NCBI GenBank assembly: GCA_963718235.1
Contig: CAVQYR010000002.1
Span: 128,001-192,000, forward strand
Length of the DNA stretch: 64,000 nt
Direction: 5' to 3'
From: an uncultured Actinomycetota bacterium
Lineage (GTDB): Bacteria > Actinomycetota > Actinomycetes > JAHEKZ01
The notes under the pieces were generated by a model. It saw only the letters and a list, made by a program, of their open reading frames with translations, was not told the origin of the DNA and did no database searches. Position 1 is the stretch's first letter. Each line of letters starts with the position of its first letter. Below, piece after piece: positions 19,383-27,837 of this stretch. A program made the translations under genes and the position numbers.

Positions 19383-20504
19383 TCAGATGGCGTAGCTGGG
19401 CTTGACCTCGCGGTCCCAGCCCTCGACGTCCTCCGGACGCCGCGGTGGGGGGCCGACGTAGCGGGCCGACGGCCGGATCAGCCGACCGGTGCGCTTCTGC
19501 TCCATGACGTGCGCCGACCAGCCCGCGGTGCGCGCGCAGGAGAACATCGGCGTGAACATGTGCGGCGGAACCTCGGCGAAGTCCAGCACCACGGCCGACC
19601 AGAACTCCACGTTGGTGGCGATGACCCGGTCGGGACGCCGCTCGGCGAGGATCCGCAGCGCCGCCTCCTCGAGCTTCTCGGCGACCTCGAAGCGAGGCGC
19701 GTTCAGGTCGCGTGCCGTGCGCCGGAGCACGCGGGCGCGCGGGTCCTCGGCGCGGTAGACCCGGTGGCCGAAGCCCATCAGCCGCTCGTTGCGGTCGAGC
19801 ACACCCTTGACGTACCCCTCGGCGTCGCCGTCACGCTCGACGGCCTCCAGCATGTAGAGCACGCGAGACGGCGCCCCGCCGTGGAGTGGCCCGGACATGG
19901 CGCCCACCGCCCCCGACAGCGCGGCCGCGACGTCGGCGCCGGTCGACGCGATCACGCGTGCGGTGAAGGTCGACGCGTTCATGCCGTGCTCGGCGGCGGA
20001 GACGAAGTAGGCGTCGACGGCCTTGACGTGGTCGGGGTCCGGCTCGCCACGCCAGCGCTTCATGAACCGCTCGACCACGGTCTGGGCCTTGTCGATCTCA
20101 CGCTGCGGAACCATCGGCAGGCCGATGCCCCGTGCCGACTGGGCGACGTACGACAGCGCCATCACCGAGGCGCGGGCGAGGTCGTCGCGCGCCTCGTCGT
20201 CCTCCGCGTCCAGGAGCGGACGCAGGCCCCACGACGGCGCGAGCATCGCCAGCGCGCTCTGCACGTCGACCCGGACGTCACCGGAGTGGACCGGGATCGG
20301 GAAGGGCTCGGCCGGGGGCAGCCCCGGGTTGAACTCGTTGTCGACCAGGAGCCCCCACACGTTGCCGAAGGACACGCGCCCGACCAGATCCTCGATGTCG
20401 ACGCCCCGGTAGCGCAGGGCGTTGCCCTCCTTGTCCGGCTCGGCGATCTCGGTCTCGAAGGCGATGACCCCTTCGAGGCCCGGCGTGAAGTCCGGGTCCG
20501 CCAT
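19383..20504 (-). CDS. citA: Citrate synthase 2
   Basis: PGLEGVIAFETEIAEPD, AEHGMNASTF, GPLHGGA, LMGFGHRVY. Confidence 0.95.
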   Translation of the reverse strand: MADPDFTPGLEGVIAFETEIAEPDKEGNALRYRGVDIEDLVGRVSFGNVWGLLVDNEFNPGLPPAEPFPIPVHSGDVRVDVQSALAMLAPSWGLRPLLDAEDDEARDDLARASVMALSYVAQSARGIGLPMVPQREIDKAQTVVERFMKRWRGEPDPDHVKAVDAYFVSAAEHGMNASTFTARVIASTGADVAAALSGAVGAMSGPLHGGAPSRVLYMLEAVERDGDAEGYVKGVLDRNERLMGFGHRVYRAEDPRARVLRRTARDLNAPRFEVAEKLEEAALRILAERRPDRVIATNVEFWSAVVLDFAEVPPHMFTPMFSCARTAGWSAHVMEQKRTGRLIRPSARYVGPPPRRPEDVEGWDREVKPSYAI

Positions 20505-20580
20505 GCGGCCCTCCTTGTCGTGGTGCGTGCGGTGGTGCGTGCGGTGGTACTGGTCGGAGTCGGCCGATCCCTCGGCCCGT

Positions 20581-20604
20581 CCGCCGTACGACGTCGTACG
20601 GCGG
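20581..20604. promoter_or_regulatory. Perfect 24-bp palindrome between divergent citA and pdxH
   Basis: CCGCCGTACGAC|GTCGTACGGCGG. Confidence 0.5.
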
Positions 20605-20679
20605 CTATCTAACCCGACGCAGGTGACCGGCCGGTAACCCGCCGTCGGTCCGGGCCCCGGTCGGCGGGATCATGGACGC

Positions 20680-21339
20680 ATGGACCCCCTTGCCCTTGCC
20701 GCCCTCCGCCGCAGCTACGAGCTGGCCGGGCTCGACGAGGCCGACGTCTCCACCGACCCGATCGCCCAGTTCGAGCACTGGTTGGCCGATGCCGTGGCCG
20801 CCGAGCTCATGGAGCCCAACGCCATGGTGCTCGCCACCGCTGACCCGTCTGGGCGGCCGAGCGCGCGGACCGTGCTGCTCAAGGGACTCCTGCCCGGGCC
20901 CGGCGGGCCGGGGTTCGCGTTCTTCACCAACTACGGCTCCCGCAAGGCCCGCGAGCTCACGGCCAACGGTCAGGCATCGCTGCTGTTCCCCTGGATCGAC
21001 CTCGAGCGCCAGGTGATCGTGGTGGGCGACGTCGAGCGGCTGTCTGCGGCGGCCAACGAGGAGTACTTCCACGCCCGTCCGCACGGTCACCAGCTCGGTG
21101 CGTGGGCCTCGCGGCAGAGTGAGGTCGTGGCCTCCCGTTCCCAGCTGGAGGACGAGTACGCGCGGCTGGTCGAGCAGTACCCCGAAGGAGTCGCCGTACC
21201 GGTCCCTGGCTTCTGGGGTGGTTTCCGCGTGGTGCCGACGTCGATCGAGTTCTGGCAGGGGCGGGGCAACCGGTTGCACGACCGCCTCCGCTACCGCCGC
21301 GACGACGGTGCGTGGACCATCGAGCGGCTGTCGCCCTGA
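20680..21339 (+). CDS. pdxH: Pyridoxamine 5'-phosphate oxidase
   Basis: EPNAMVLAT, PSARTVLLK, FFTNYGSRK, IEFWQGRGNRLHDR. Confidence 0.96.
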   Translation: MDPLALAALRRSYELAGLDEADVSTDPIAQFEHWLADAVAAELMEPNAMVLATADPSGRPSARTVLLKGLLPGPGGPGFAFFTNYGSRKARELTANGQASLLFPWIDLERQVIVVGDVERLSAAANEEYFHARPHGHQLGAWASRQSEVVASRSQLEDEYARLVEQYPEGVAVPVPGFWGGFRVVPTSIEFWQGRGNRLHDRLRYRRDDGAWTIERLSP

Positions 21340-21429
21340 CCGTGCTGCCGTGACGCCCGACAGCGCCGTCGGTGCTGACGTCCGGTGCCGGTTCAGTGGC
21401 CGGTTCACTGGCCGGTAGCCTGCCGCCCC

Positions 21430-21612
21430 ATGGAACGTTCGAAGCTCCTTGCCGTCGGCTTCGCCCTGCTCGGCGCCTTCGCCGGGGCCTTCCTCGGCGC
21501 CCGGCTGTTCTCCGGCGGCCTGCTCGTCTTCGCCTGCCTCGTCGTCGGGGCGGTCGTCGGGTGGTTCGGTGGGTCCGCAGCGGCGGTGCGGCAGCGCAGC
21601 GGCGACTCGTGA
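21430..21612 (+). CDS. Small two-TM membrane protein
   Basis: MERSKLLAVGFALLGAFAG...; two glycine-rich hydrophobic helices; TAGCCT upstream. Confidence 0.55.
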   Translation: MERSKLLAVGFALLGAFAGAFLGARLFSGGLLVFACLVVGAVVGWFGGSAAAVRQRSGDS

Positions 21613-21619
21613 GCGGACA

Positions 21620-21845
21620 AGGACGATCCGCGGGCCCGGTCGGCACGGCGTGCGTGCAGCAACCGAAGAGCCGGGGGACAAGGCCCGGCGCCCGCGGATC
21701 GGGTGACTGCCCGGTACTGGCCGGCCGCGGCACCGCTCGCGCGGGTGCATGACGCCGGTCGTGGACCGAGGGTCAGCGGCTAGCTGGCAGCCACCTCACG
21801 TGTCCTGGATGTACTCAAGCCTGGACCACCTCCTCTCCTGTGTAC
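21620..21845 (-). ncRNA. Candidate structured RNA containing a 12-codon ORF
   Basis: Putative -10 TACCGT (21856-21851); 12-bp stem 21624-35/21690-701 with an inner hairpin; long-range pair GUGGCUGCC/GGCAGUCAC with a G-U pair only on the minus strand. Confidence 0.55.
21780..21818 (-). CDS. Putative 12-aa peptide (M)STSRTREVAAS
   Basis: Strong Shine-Dalgarno AGGAGGTGG 7 nt before TTG; stop TAG at 21782-21780. Confidence 0.5.
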   Translation of the reverse strand: MSTSRTREVAAS

Positions 21846-21899
21846 CGACGACGGTAGAGCCCGACCGCTCTGCTGGCTACCCCCTTTCGACGCCGTGCG

Positions 21900-23144
21900 G
21901 TGACGACTGACGTGGCGGGGTTCGTCGCCGACGTCACACCGCTTCGGGTCAGCCGCCCGTACCGCCGCCTCTGGGCTGGTTCGACGGTCGCCCAGCTCGG
22001 CCAGCAGATGGCGGCTGTCGCCGTCGCGCTCCAGGTGTACGCGATCACCGGGTCGAGCTTCGCCGTCGGCATGGTAGGACTGGCTGCGCTCGGTCCGCTG
22101 GTGGTGTTCGGCCTGTACGGCGGGTCGATCGCCGACGCGCACGACCGTCGCCGGGTGCTGCTGGTCGCGTCGCTCGGGCTGTGGCTGTGCTCGATGGCGC
22201 TGTTCCTCCAGGCCTGGCTGGGCCTGGCGAACGTGTGGGTGCTGTACCTCGTGGTCGCCGTGCAGTCCGGGTTCTTCGCGGTGAGCAACCCGGCCCGGTC
22301 GGCGATCATCCCGAGGTTGGTGGGAGCGAAGCTGCTGCCGGCGGCCAACGCGCTCACCACGGCGTCGTGGACCCTCGGTTTCACCGTCGGCCCTCTCATG
22401 GCGGGTCTGCTCGTGGGTGCGTACGGGTACGCCACCACCTTCGCCGTCGACGTCCTGACCTTCACCGCCGCGCTGTACGCAGTGGCCCGGCTGCCCTCGG
22501 TACCGCCGGAGGGTGAGGTGTCGCGGGCCGGGCTGCGCAGCGTGCTCGAGGGGCTGCGCTTCCTGCGGACCCGGCGCAACCTGCTCATGACGTTCCTGGT
22601 CGACCTCGCTGCGATGGTCCTGGCCCAGCCCCGGGCCCTGTTCCCTGCGCTCGCCGTATCGGTCTACGGCGGCGGACCATCCACCGTCGGTCTGTTGTCG
22701 GCGGCGCCCGCCTTCGGTGCCTTCGCAGGGGCGATCTTCTCCGGCTGGGTCGGCCGCGTGCGTCGGCAGGGACGGATGATCGTGCTGATGGTCATGGCCT
22801 ACGGCGCTGCGGTGGCAGGGTTCGGGCTGTCGAGCACGCTGTGGCTGGGTGTCGTGTTCTTGGCCCTTTCCGGTGCCTTCGACACGGTGAGCGCGGTGTT
22901 CCGCACGACGATCCTGCAGGTCGCAACCCCAGACGACCTGCGCGGTCGGCTGCAGGGTGTGTTCATCGTTGTGGTCGCGGGCGGTCCGCGGCTCGGCGAC
23001 GCTGTGTCGGGAACCTCGGGCACTGTGCTCGGTACGCGGTTCGCCGTCGTCGCGGGCGGTGTGGCCTGCATCGGTGCGGTGTCCCTGCTCGCCGCCCGCT
23101 TCCCGGCGTTCCTTCGCTACGACGCCGAGAACCCGATCCCCTGA
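21900..23144 (+). CDS. MFS transporter (EntS/H+ antiporter-like)
   Basis: About 12 TM segments; GSIADAHDRRRVLL, LQVATPDDLRGR, GGPRLGD. Confidence 0.9.
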   Translation: MTTDVAGFVADVTPLRVSRPYRRLWAGSTVAQLGQQMAAVAVALQVYAITGSSFAVGMVGLAALGPLVVFGLYGGSIADAHDRRRVLLVASLGLWLCSMALFLQAWLGLANVWVLYLVVAVQSGFFAVSNPARSAIIPRLVGAKLLPAANALTTASWTLGFTVGPLMAGLLVGAYGYATTFAVDVLTFTAALYAVARLPSVPPEGEVSRAGLRSVLEGLRFLRTRRNLLMTFLVDLAAMVLAQPRALFPALAVSVYGGGPSTVGLLSAAPAFGAFAGAIFSGWVGRVRRQGRMIVLMVMAYGAAVAGFGLSSTLWLGVVFLALSGAFDTVSAVFRTTILQVATPDDLRGRLQGVFIVVVAGGPRLGDAVSGTSGTVLGTRFAVVAGGVACIGAVSLLAARFPAFLRYDAENPIP

Positions 23145-23169
23145 CCGCTGTTCGGTGCCGCAGGCACGG

Positions 23170-23707
23170 CTACCAGTCGTCGCCGCTTCGGCCCAGGCAG
23201 GTGATCGACGACGACAACGCCACGTCGGCACTGGGACCGAACCGGAGCACCATGAGACCGTCGTCCTCGTCCTCGGTGCGGTACGTCGCGTCATGGTCAC
23301 GCACGTACGAGGGGCCGCTCCAGCGCTCCCAGCCCGACCGGGCGTAGAAGCCGGGCCGGCCGGTGGACAGCGCACCGAGCTCGTAGCGGGCGCGCACGTG
23401 CGTGGACAGCCGGGTCAACATCGTCCGGCCGATCCCGTCTCGCTGCCGCTGCGGGCGGACGGCGACGCCCTCCACGTAGCCCGCGCGGAACGGCTGCTCA
23501 CCAACGGTGATCGGCCGTGGGACGACGGCCGCGTGGCCCACGACGTCGCCGTCGTGGAAGGCGAGCACGCGCTCGCCCCCGAACGTGTGCTCCCAGTCCT
23601 CGTCGCTGAACCGGTCACCGAAGGCGGCCATGCACACGGCTCCGTGCGGCCGACAGGAGGTCGGGCTCCAGCGAAGGATCGTCGACCAGGCTCAGCCGTC
23701 GACCCAT
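23170..23707 (-). CDS. GNAT acetyltransferase, AAC(2')-like; probable 1-nt frameshift near the 5' end
   Basis: FSDEDWEHTFGG, GHAAVVPR, GYVEGVAVRP..QRDGIG, FYARSGWERWSGP, C-terminal RSGDDW. Confidence 0.8.
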
Positions 23708-24051
23708 GCCCGCAGCACGTAGGTGACTGTCTGGTCCAGGGTCCAGCCCTCGGCCTCCGCCTTCTTGCGGGCCGCCTTGCGCAGCTTCTTGGGGACGGTG
23801 ACCTCGAAGGTCACCTGCTCGGCCCGCTTGCCGTCGTCCTTGGGCTTGCTCGGCTTGGCTGCCTTGCGGGCGCGCAGGTCGCCCGGCTTGTACGTCGCCG
23901 GCTCGCTCGGCGAGTCAGGTGCTGGTGGCGCGGCCGGTGCGTGAGGGGCGGGGTGCAGGTGCTTGGTGGCCGCGGCCCTCGGGGCGGCCGGGTGCATGCC
24001 CCCGTCGGGGGCCTTCTGCAGGGCGGGGCGCGGTTCGGGGCGTCGGCTCAT
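23692..24051 (-). CDS. ParA partner with disordered N-terminal tail and C-terminal ribbon-helix-helix (ParG/omega-like)
   Basis: VTFEVTV (strand) - PKKLRKAARKKAEAEG (helix) - TLDQTVTYVLRAWV (helix); AGGAGG RBS; ATGA overlap with the corrected parA stop. Confidence 0.65.
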   Translation of the reverse strand: MSRRPEPRPALQKAPDGGMHPAAPRAAATKHLHPAPHAPAAPPAPDSPSEPATYKPGDLRARKAAKPSKPKDDGKRAEQVTFEVTVPKKLRKAARKKAEAEGWTLDQTVTYVLRAWVDG

Positions 24052-24849
24052 CGGCGTCCTCCTGTGCTGGGTGCCTGGCCGAGTGAGCTGCGCTCAGTCG
24101 GTGTTGCCAAGACCTTGTCGAGGTAGCCGTCGAGGATCCGCGACACCTCGCGACCGGCGTTCGTGCGCCACTGCTGCACCGGCGTGCAGGCACCGGCGGC
24201 CTGCTGCATCACGCTGCGGTCGGGAAGCGCCGGCTGCAGCAGCTGTTCGCCGTATGCGAGGGCGAGCTCGGCGAGGCGGTACCGGTGCTCGGCCGAGTGC
24301 GGGGCGCACCCGGTTGACCACGATGCCCGCCAGCGCGAGGCGCAGGTTGAACGCGCGCATCACCTCGACGGCCTCGACGGCCTGCGACGCGCCCTGCAGG
24401 GCGAACAGGCTCGGCTCGGTGACGACCAGGGCGAGGTCGCTTGCGGCTAGCGCGTTGCGGGTCAGCTCACCCAGGGCCGGGGGCGTGTCGAGCAGGACGA
24501 TGTCGTAGTGCTCGAGCCCCTGCATGGTGACCCGGAGCCGCAGTGCACCCTCACCCTCGGGGACGGCGCGGTGCTCCAGTGAGCGCTCGCTGGCCACGAC
24601 ATCGAGCTGGTCACCCCAGCCGCTCGCAGTGATGGCCTGGGTGAGCACCCCGGCCCGACCGTCGGCGAGGACGTCGTTGCTGGTGAACTCCACGTGCGTG
24701 GGATCGAGTACGACCGTGGCGTTGGCCTGCGGATCGAGGTCGACCACGAGGGTGCGCAGCCCGCGGGTCATCGCCGCCCCGGCCAGGCCGAGGGTCACGG
24801 TCGTCTTGCCCACGCCCCCCTTGAGGCTGAGCACGCTGATGATTCGCAC
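24048..24849 (-). CDS. parA: ParA/Soj family ATPase (frameshift near 24300)
   Basis: Deviant Walker A KGGVGKT, VVDLDPQAN, LLDTPPALG, GIVVNR; the C-terminus continues in another frame to TGA at 24048. Confidence 0.85.
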
Positions 24850-24897
24850 CCGGGCAGGTTACGGGGTCGTCGGGTGGCGCCGTCGGCACGCCGGTGG

Positions 24898-24962
24898 CCG
24901 GGTCACCCGCCCGGGTCACTCGCCCGGGTCACTCGCCCGGGTCACTCGCCCGGGTCACCCGA
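24898..24962. repeat. Five tandem 13-bp direct repeats CCGGGTCAC(T/C)CG(C/A) upstream of parA
   Basis: Units start at 24898, 24911, 24924, 24937 and 24950. Confidence 0.92.
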
Positions 24963-25109
24963 CGGTCGCTGCTGCTTCAGTGCCTAGGTCGGTCCGGAGG
25001 ATCGCGCTGACGACGACTCGGGTGCTGGGCGTCCACAGCCCGCATCTGGCCCAGTCTGTCCACAGCCTGAGTTCGCGGCGGCGATCCCCGAAGGGCAGGT
25101 CGGTAGTGT

Positions 25110-25125
25110 TCGAACATGTGTTCGA
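25110..25125. promoter_or_regulatory. LexA (SOS) box
   Basis: TCGAAC-ATGT-GTTCGA matches the actinobacterial consensus TCGAAC-N4-GTTCGA; lies right after the TAGTGT -10 and covers the ATG at 25116. Confidence 0.85.
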
Positions 25126-26378
25126 GTCGATCAGCACTGGCGACTGACTGGTGGGGTGCCCCCGGTGTGCCACCGACATCGTTGGAGCTGGGTGCCGAGG
25201 TGGAGTACCTCGCTCGCACGTTCGTGGCGCGCGCGCAGGTGCAGCCGCTCGGCTGCCAGCTGGTCGGGCTGCGCCAGCTGATCGACCAGCTCGAGGGGGT
25301 CTGGGCGCCGCGGACGGTCGCCTTCGACGAAGCGGGCGGCCCGGCCGACGACGGCGCTGGCTCGCTCGCGGCGTGGATCCGGCACCGCTGCCGGATCGCC
25401 CCCGGTGAGGCGCAGGCACGGGCCCGGGTCGCCCACGCCATGGCGACCGGGCCGATGACGACGACCGGCGAGGCCCTGCGTGACGGCACGATCTCGTGGC
25501 GGCACGCTGAGGTGATCGAGCGCACGCTGCGCGACGTGCCCGCCGAGCGGCGCCAGGAGGCCGAACGGGCGCTGCAGGAGCCGGCCAAGGCCCTCGACCC
25601 GATGCTGCTCAGGCGGGTCGGGGCCGAGCTGCTGCACCGGCTCGACGCCGACCGGGCCGACCGGGCCGCCGTCCGCCGGCTGGAGCGGCGGGGGCTGGAC
25701 CTCGCGGAGACGTTCGACGGCATGGTCGCGGTGTCCGGTCTGCTCGACCCGGTAGCCGGCGCCACCGTGCTGGCCGCGGTCGATGCGATCGTCACCCCCA
25801 CGCGCGGCGATACGTCCGACGAGCGGTCCTGGGCGCAGCGCCGGGCCGACGCACTCACCCAGATCTGTCGCTCGTCCCTCGACGCCGGCGACGCGCCTCT
25901 CGGGGGCGGCGTGCGGCCGCACCTTTCGGTGATCGTCGACCTCGCCGTGCTGCGCAAGCAGCCGGGCTGTGGCACCGCAGAGCTGTCGTGGTCCGGGCCG
26001 ATCACGAGCGAGCAGGCGCGGATGCTGGCCTGCGACTCAGGCGTCTCCCGGATCGTGACCGACGGCCCCGGTCGGGTGCTCGACGTCGGACGGGTCACCC
26101 GCTCGATCCCCCCGGCGATCCGCCGCGCTGTGGTCGCCCGTGACCGGCACTGCGTGGCGTCGGGCTGCTACGCCTCGTCCCAGCACTGCGACGTGCACCA
26201 CAAGGTGTTCTGGGAGGACGGCGGGGCGACGTCGCTCGCCAACTGCGTGCTGCTGTGCCGCCGACATCACGGTTTCGTGCACCTGCGTGGCTGGACGGTC
26301 GCAGAGCGCGACGACGGATCGCAGACGCTGGTGCCACCTCGGCCGGAGCGCGACGGTCGAGCGCCGCCGGGCTTCTAG
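25116..26378 (+). CDS. DUF222 + HNH endonuclease (13E12 repeat-family-like)
   Basis: QRRADAL, RPHLSVIVDL, LACDSGVSR, RDRHCVASGC...CDVHH...W..GG.TSLANCVLLCRRHH. Confidence 0.9.
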   Translation: MCSSRSALATDWWGAPGVPPTSLELGAEVEYLARTFVARAQVQPLGCQLVGLRQLIDQLEGVWAPRTVAFDEAGGPADDGAGSLAAWIRHRCRIAPGEAQARARVAHAMATGPMTTTGEALRDGTISWRHAEVIERTLRDVPAERRQEAERALQEPAKALDPMLLRRVGAELLHRLDADRADRAAVRRLERRGLDLAETFDGMVAVSGLLDPVAGATVLAAVDAIVTPTRGDTSDERSWAQRRADALTQICRSSLDAGDAPLGGGVRPHLSVIVDLAVLRKQPGCGTAELSWSGPITSEQARMLACDSGVSRIVTDGPGRVLDVGRVTRSIPPAIRRAVVARDRHCVASGCYASSQHCDVHHKVFWEDGGATSLANCVLLCRRHHGFVHLRGWTVAERDDGSQTLVPPRPERDGRAPPGF

Positions 26379-27778
26379 CGGGACGCCTTGAGTGGTGAGT
26401 ACCGGCGCAGCGCCTCCTCGCGCTCGGCCGCGTGGTCGACGATCCGTTGGGGATAGCCGTGGGCGTAGCCGTCCGGGGCCGCCCACGGCTCGTGTGCGAC
26501 CGCGCCGTCGAGGTGGCGCAGCTCCGGCACGTAACGGCGCACGTACTCGCCCTTGGGGTCGTAGGTGAGACCTTGCGTGACCGGGTTGAAGACCCGGAAG
26601 TAGGGCGCGGCATCGGTGCCGCATCCTGCGGTCCACTGCCAGCCGTGGGCGTTGGAGGCGAGGTCGCCGTCGACCAGGTGCCGGATGAACCACTGGGCAC
26701 CCACCTGCCACTCGAGGTGCAGGTCCTTGACGAGGAACGACGCGACGACCATCCGCACTCGGTTGTGCATCCATCCCTCCGCAAGCAGCTGCCGCATGCC
26801 GGCGTCGACGAGCGGGTACCCGGTCCGGCCCTGCTGCCAGGCGAGCAGGGCGGCGTCGGCGTCGGGGCCGGTGTCGTACGGCATCGCAGCGAACTCCGGG
26901 CGCAGGTACTGCTGGGCGCTCTGGGGGTTGTGCCACAGGACGTCGGCGTAGAACTCCCGCCAGGCGAGCTCGCGCCGGAATGTCTCGTGACCGGGGGAGT
27001 CGCCGAGCGCGGCGAGCAGGGTGCGCGGGTGGATCTCGCCGTACTTCAGGTGCACCGACAGCCGCGAGGTCGCGTCCAGGTCGGGTCGGTCGCGGTCGGT
27101 CTTGTACCGGTCCAGCGCACCGGAGGTCACGAAGTCCGACCATCGCTGGAGCGCGGCCGACTCGCCGGCGGCAGCGACGTCGGCTGCGGGCTCGTCGCTC
27201 GCTGCGGGTTCCGTCGGTTCGTCGGGGTAGCCCGCGCACTCGAGCGGCATCACCCACCGGACGAGCCGGTCTGCTGAGTCCGCGGGTGTGCGCCAGCCAT
27301 GTCTCACCCACGCCCTCATGAACGGCGTGTAGACCCGGTAGGCGGTGCCGTCGGGCTTGGTGACCCGACCGGGGGCGACGGCGTAGGCCGAGCCGGTCGT
27401 GGTGAACGCGATGCCTGCTTCGGCCAGCGCGGCCGACACCTTCTCGTCGCGGCGGCGTCCGTACGGCCCGAAATCGGCAGCCGCATGCACGGTCGTCGCC
27501 CCCACCGCTCGCGCAACGTCGACGACGTGCTGCGCAGGGTCCCCGTGGCGGAGCAACAGCGTGTCTCCGAGCGACTCGTCGAGCGAGCGCAGCGACCGGA
27601 CGAGGTAGGAGCGGCGAGCGGTCCCGGCGGGCGCCCACAGCACCGGGTCGACCACGAACAGCGGGACGACCTCGTCGGCAGCGTCGGCGGCTGCGAGCAG
27701 AGCCGGATTGTCCGACAGCCGGAGGTCGCGCCGGAACCACAGCACACTGCGGGATGCCGCGCTGCTCGAGGGAGCCAC
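26375..27778 (-). CDS. phrB: Deoxyribodipyrimidine photolyase (class I/III CPD)
   Basis: WFRRDLRLSDNPAL, TSRLSVHLKYG, LAWREFY, GRTGYPLVDAGMRQL..GWMHNRVRM, DAAPYFRVFNP. Confidence 0.94.
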   Translation of the reverse strand: MAPSSSAASRSVLWFRRDLRLSDNPALLAAADAADEVVPLFVVDPVLWAPAGTARRSYLVRSLRSLDESLGDTLLLRHGDPAQHVVDVARAVGATTVHAAADFGPYGRRRDEKVSAALAEAGIAFTTTGSAYAVAPGRVTKPDGTAYRVYTPFMRAWVRHGWRTPADSADRLVRWVMPLECAGYPDEPTEPAASDEPAADVAAAGESAALQRWSDFVTSGALDRYKTDRDRPDLDATSRLSVHLKYGEIHPRTLLAALGDSPGHETFRRELAWREFYADVLWHNPQSAQQYLRPEFAAMPYDTGPDADAALLAWQQGRTGYPLVDAGMRQLLAEGWMHNRVRMVVASFLVKDLHLEWQVGAQWFIRHLVDGDLASNAHGWQWTAGCGTDAAPYFRVFNPVTQGLTYDPKGEYVRRYVPELRHLDGAVAHEPWAAPDGYAHGYPQRIVDHAAEREEALRRYSPLKASR

Positions 27779-27837
27779 ATCGCCACGCTAGGGGTGCCGC
27801 CCCCGCGCTGCACGTCGGACGTGGGCAGAATCGACCC

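Noticed and set aside
24898-24962. CRISPR array (also considered for 39088-39139)
   Set aside because: Units are 13 bp and directly abut, with no spacers and no cas genes.
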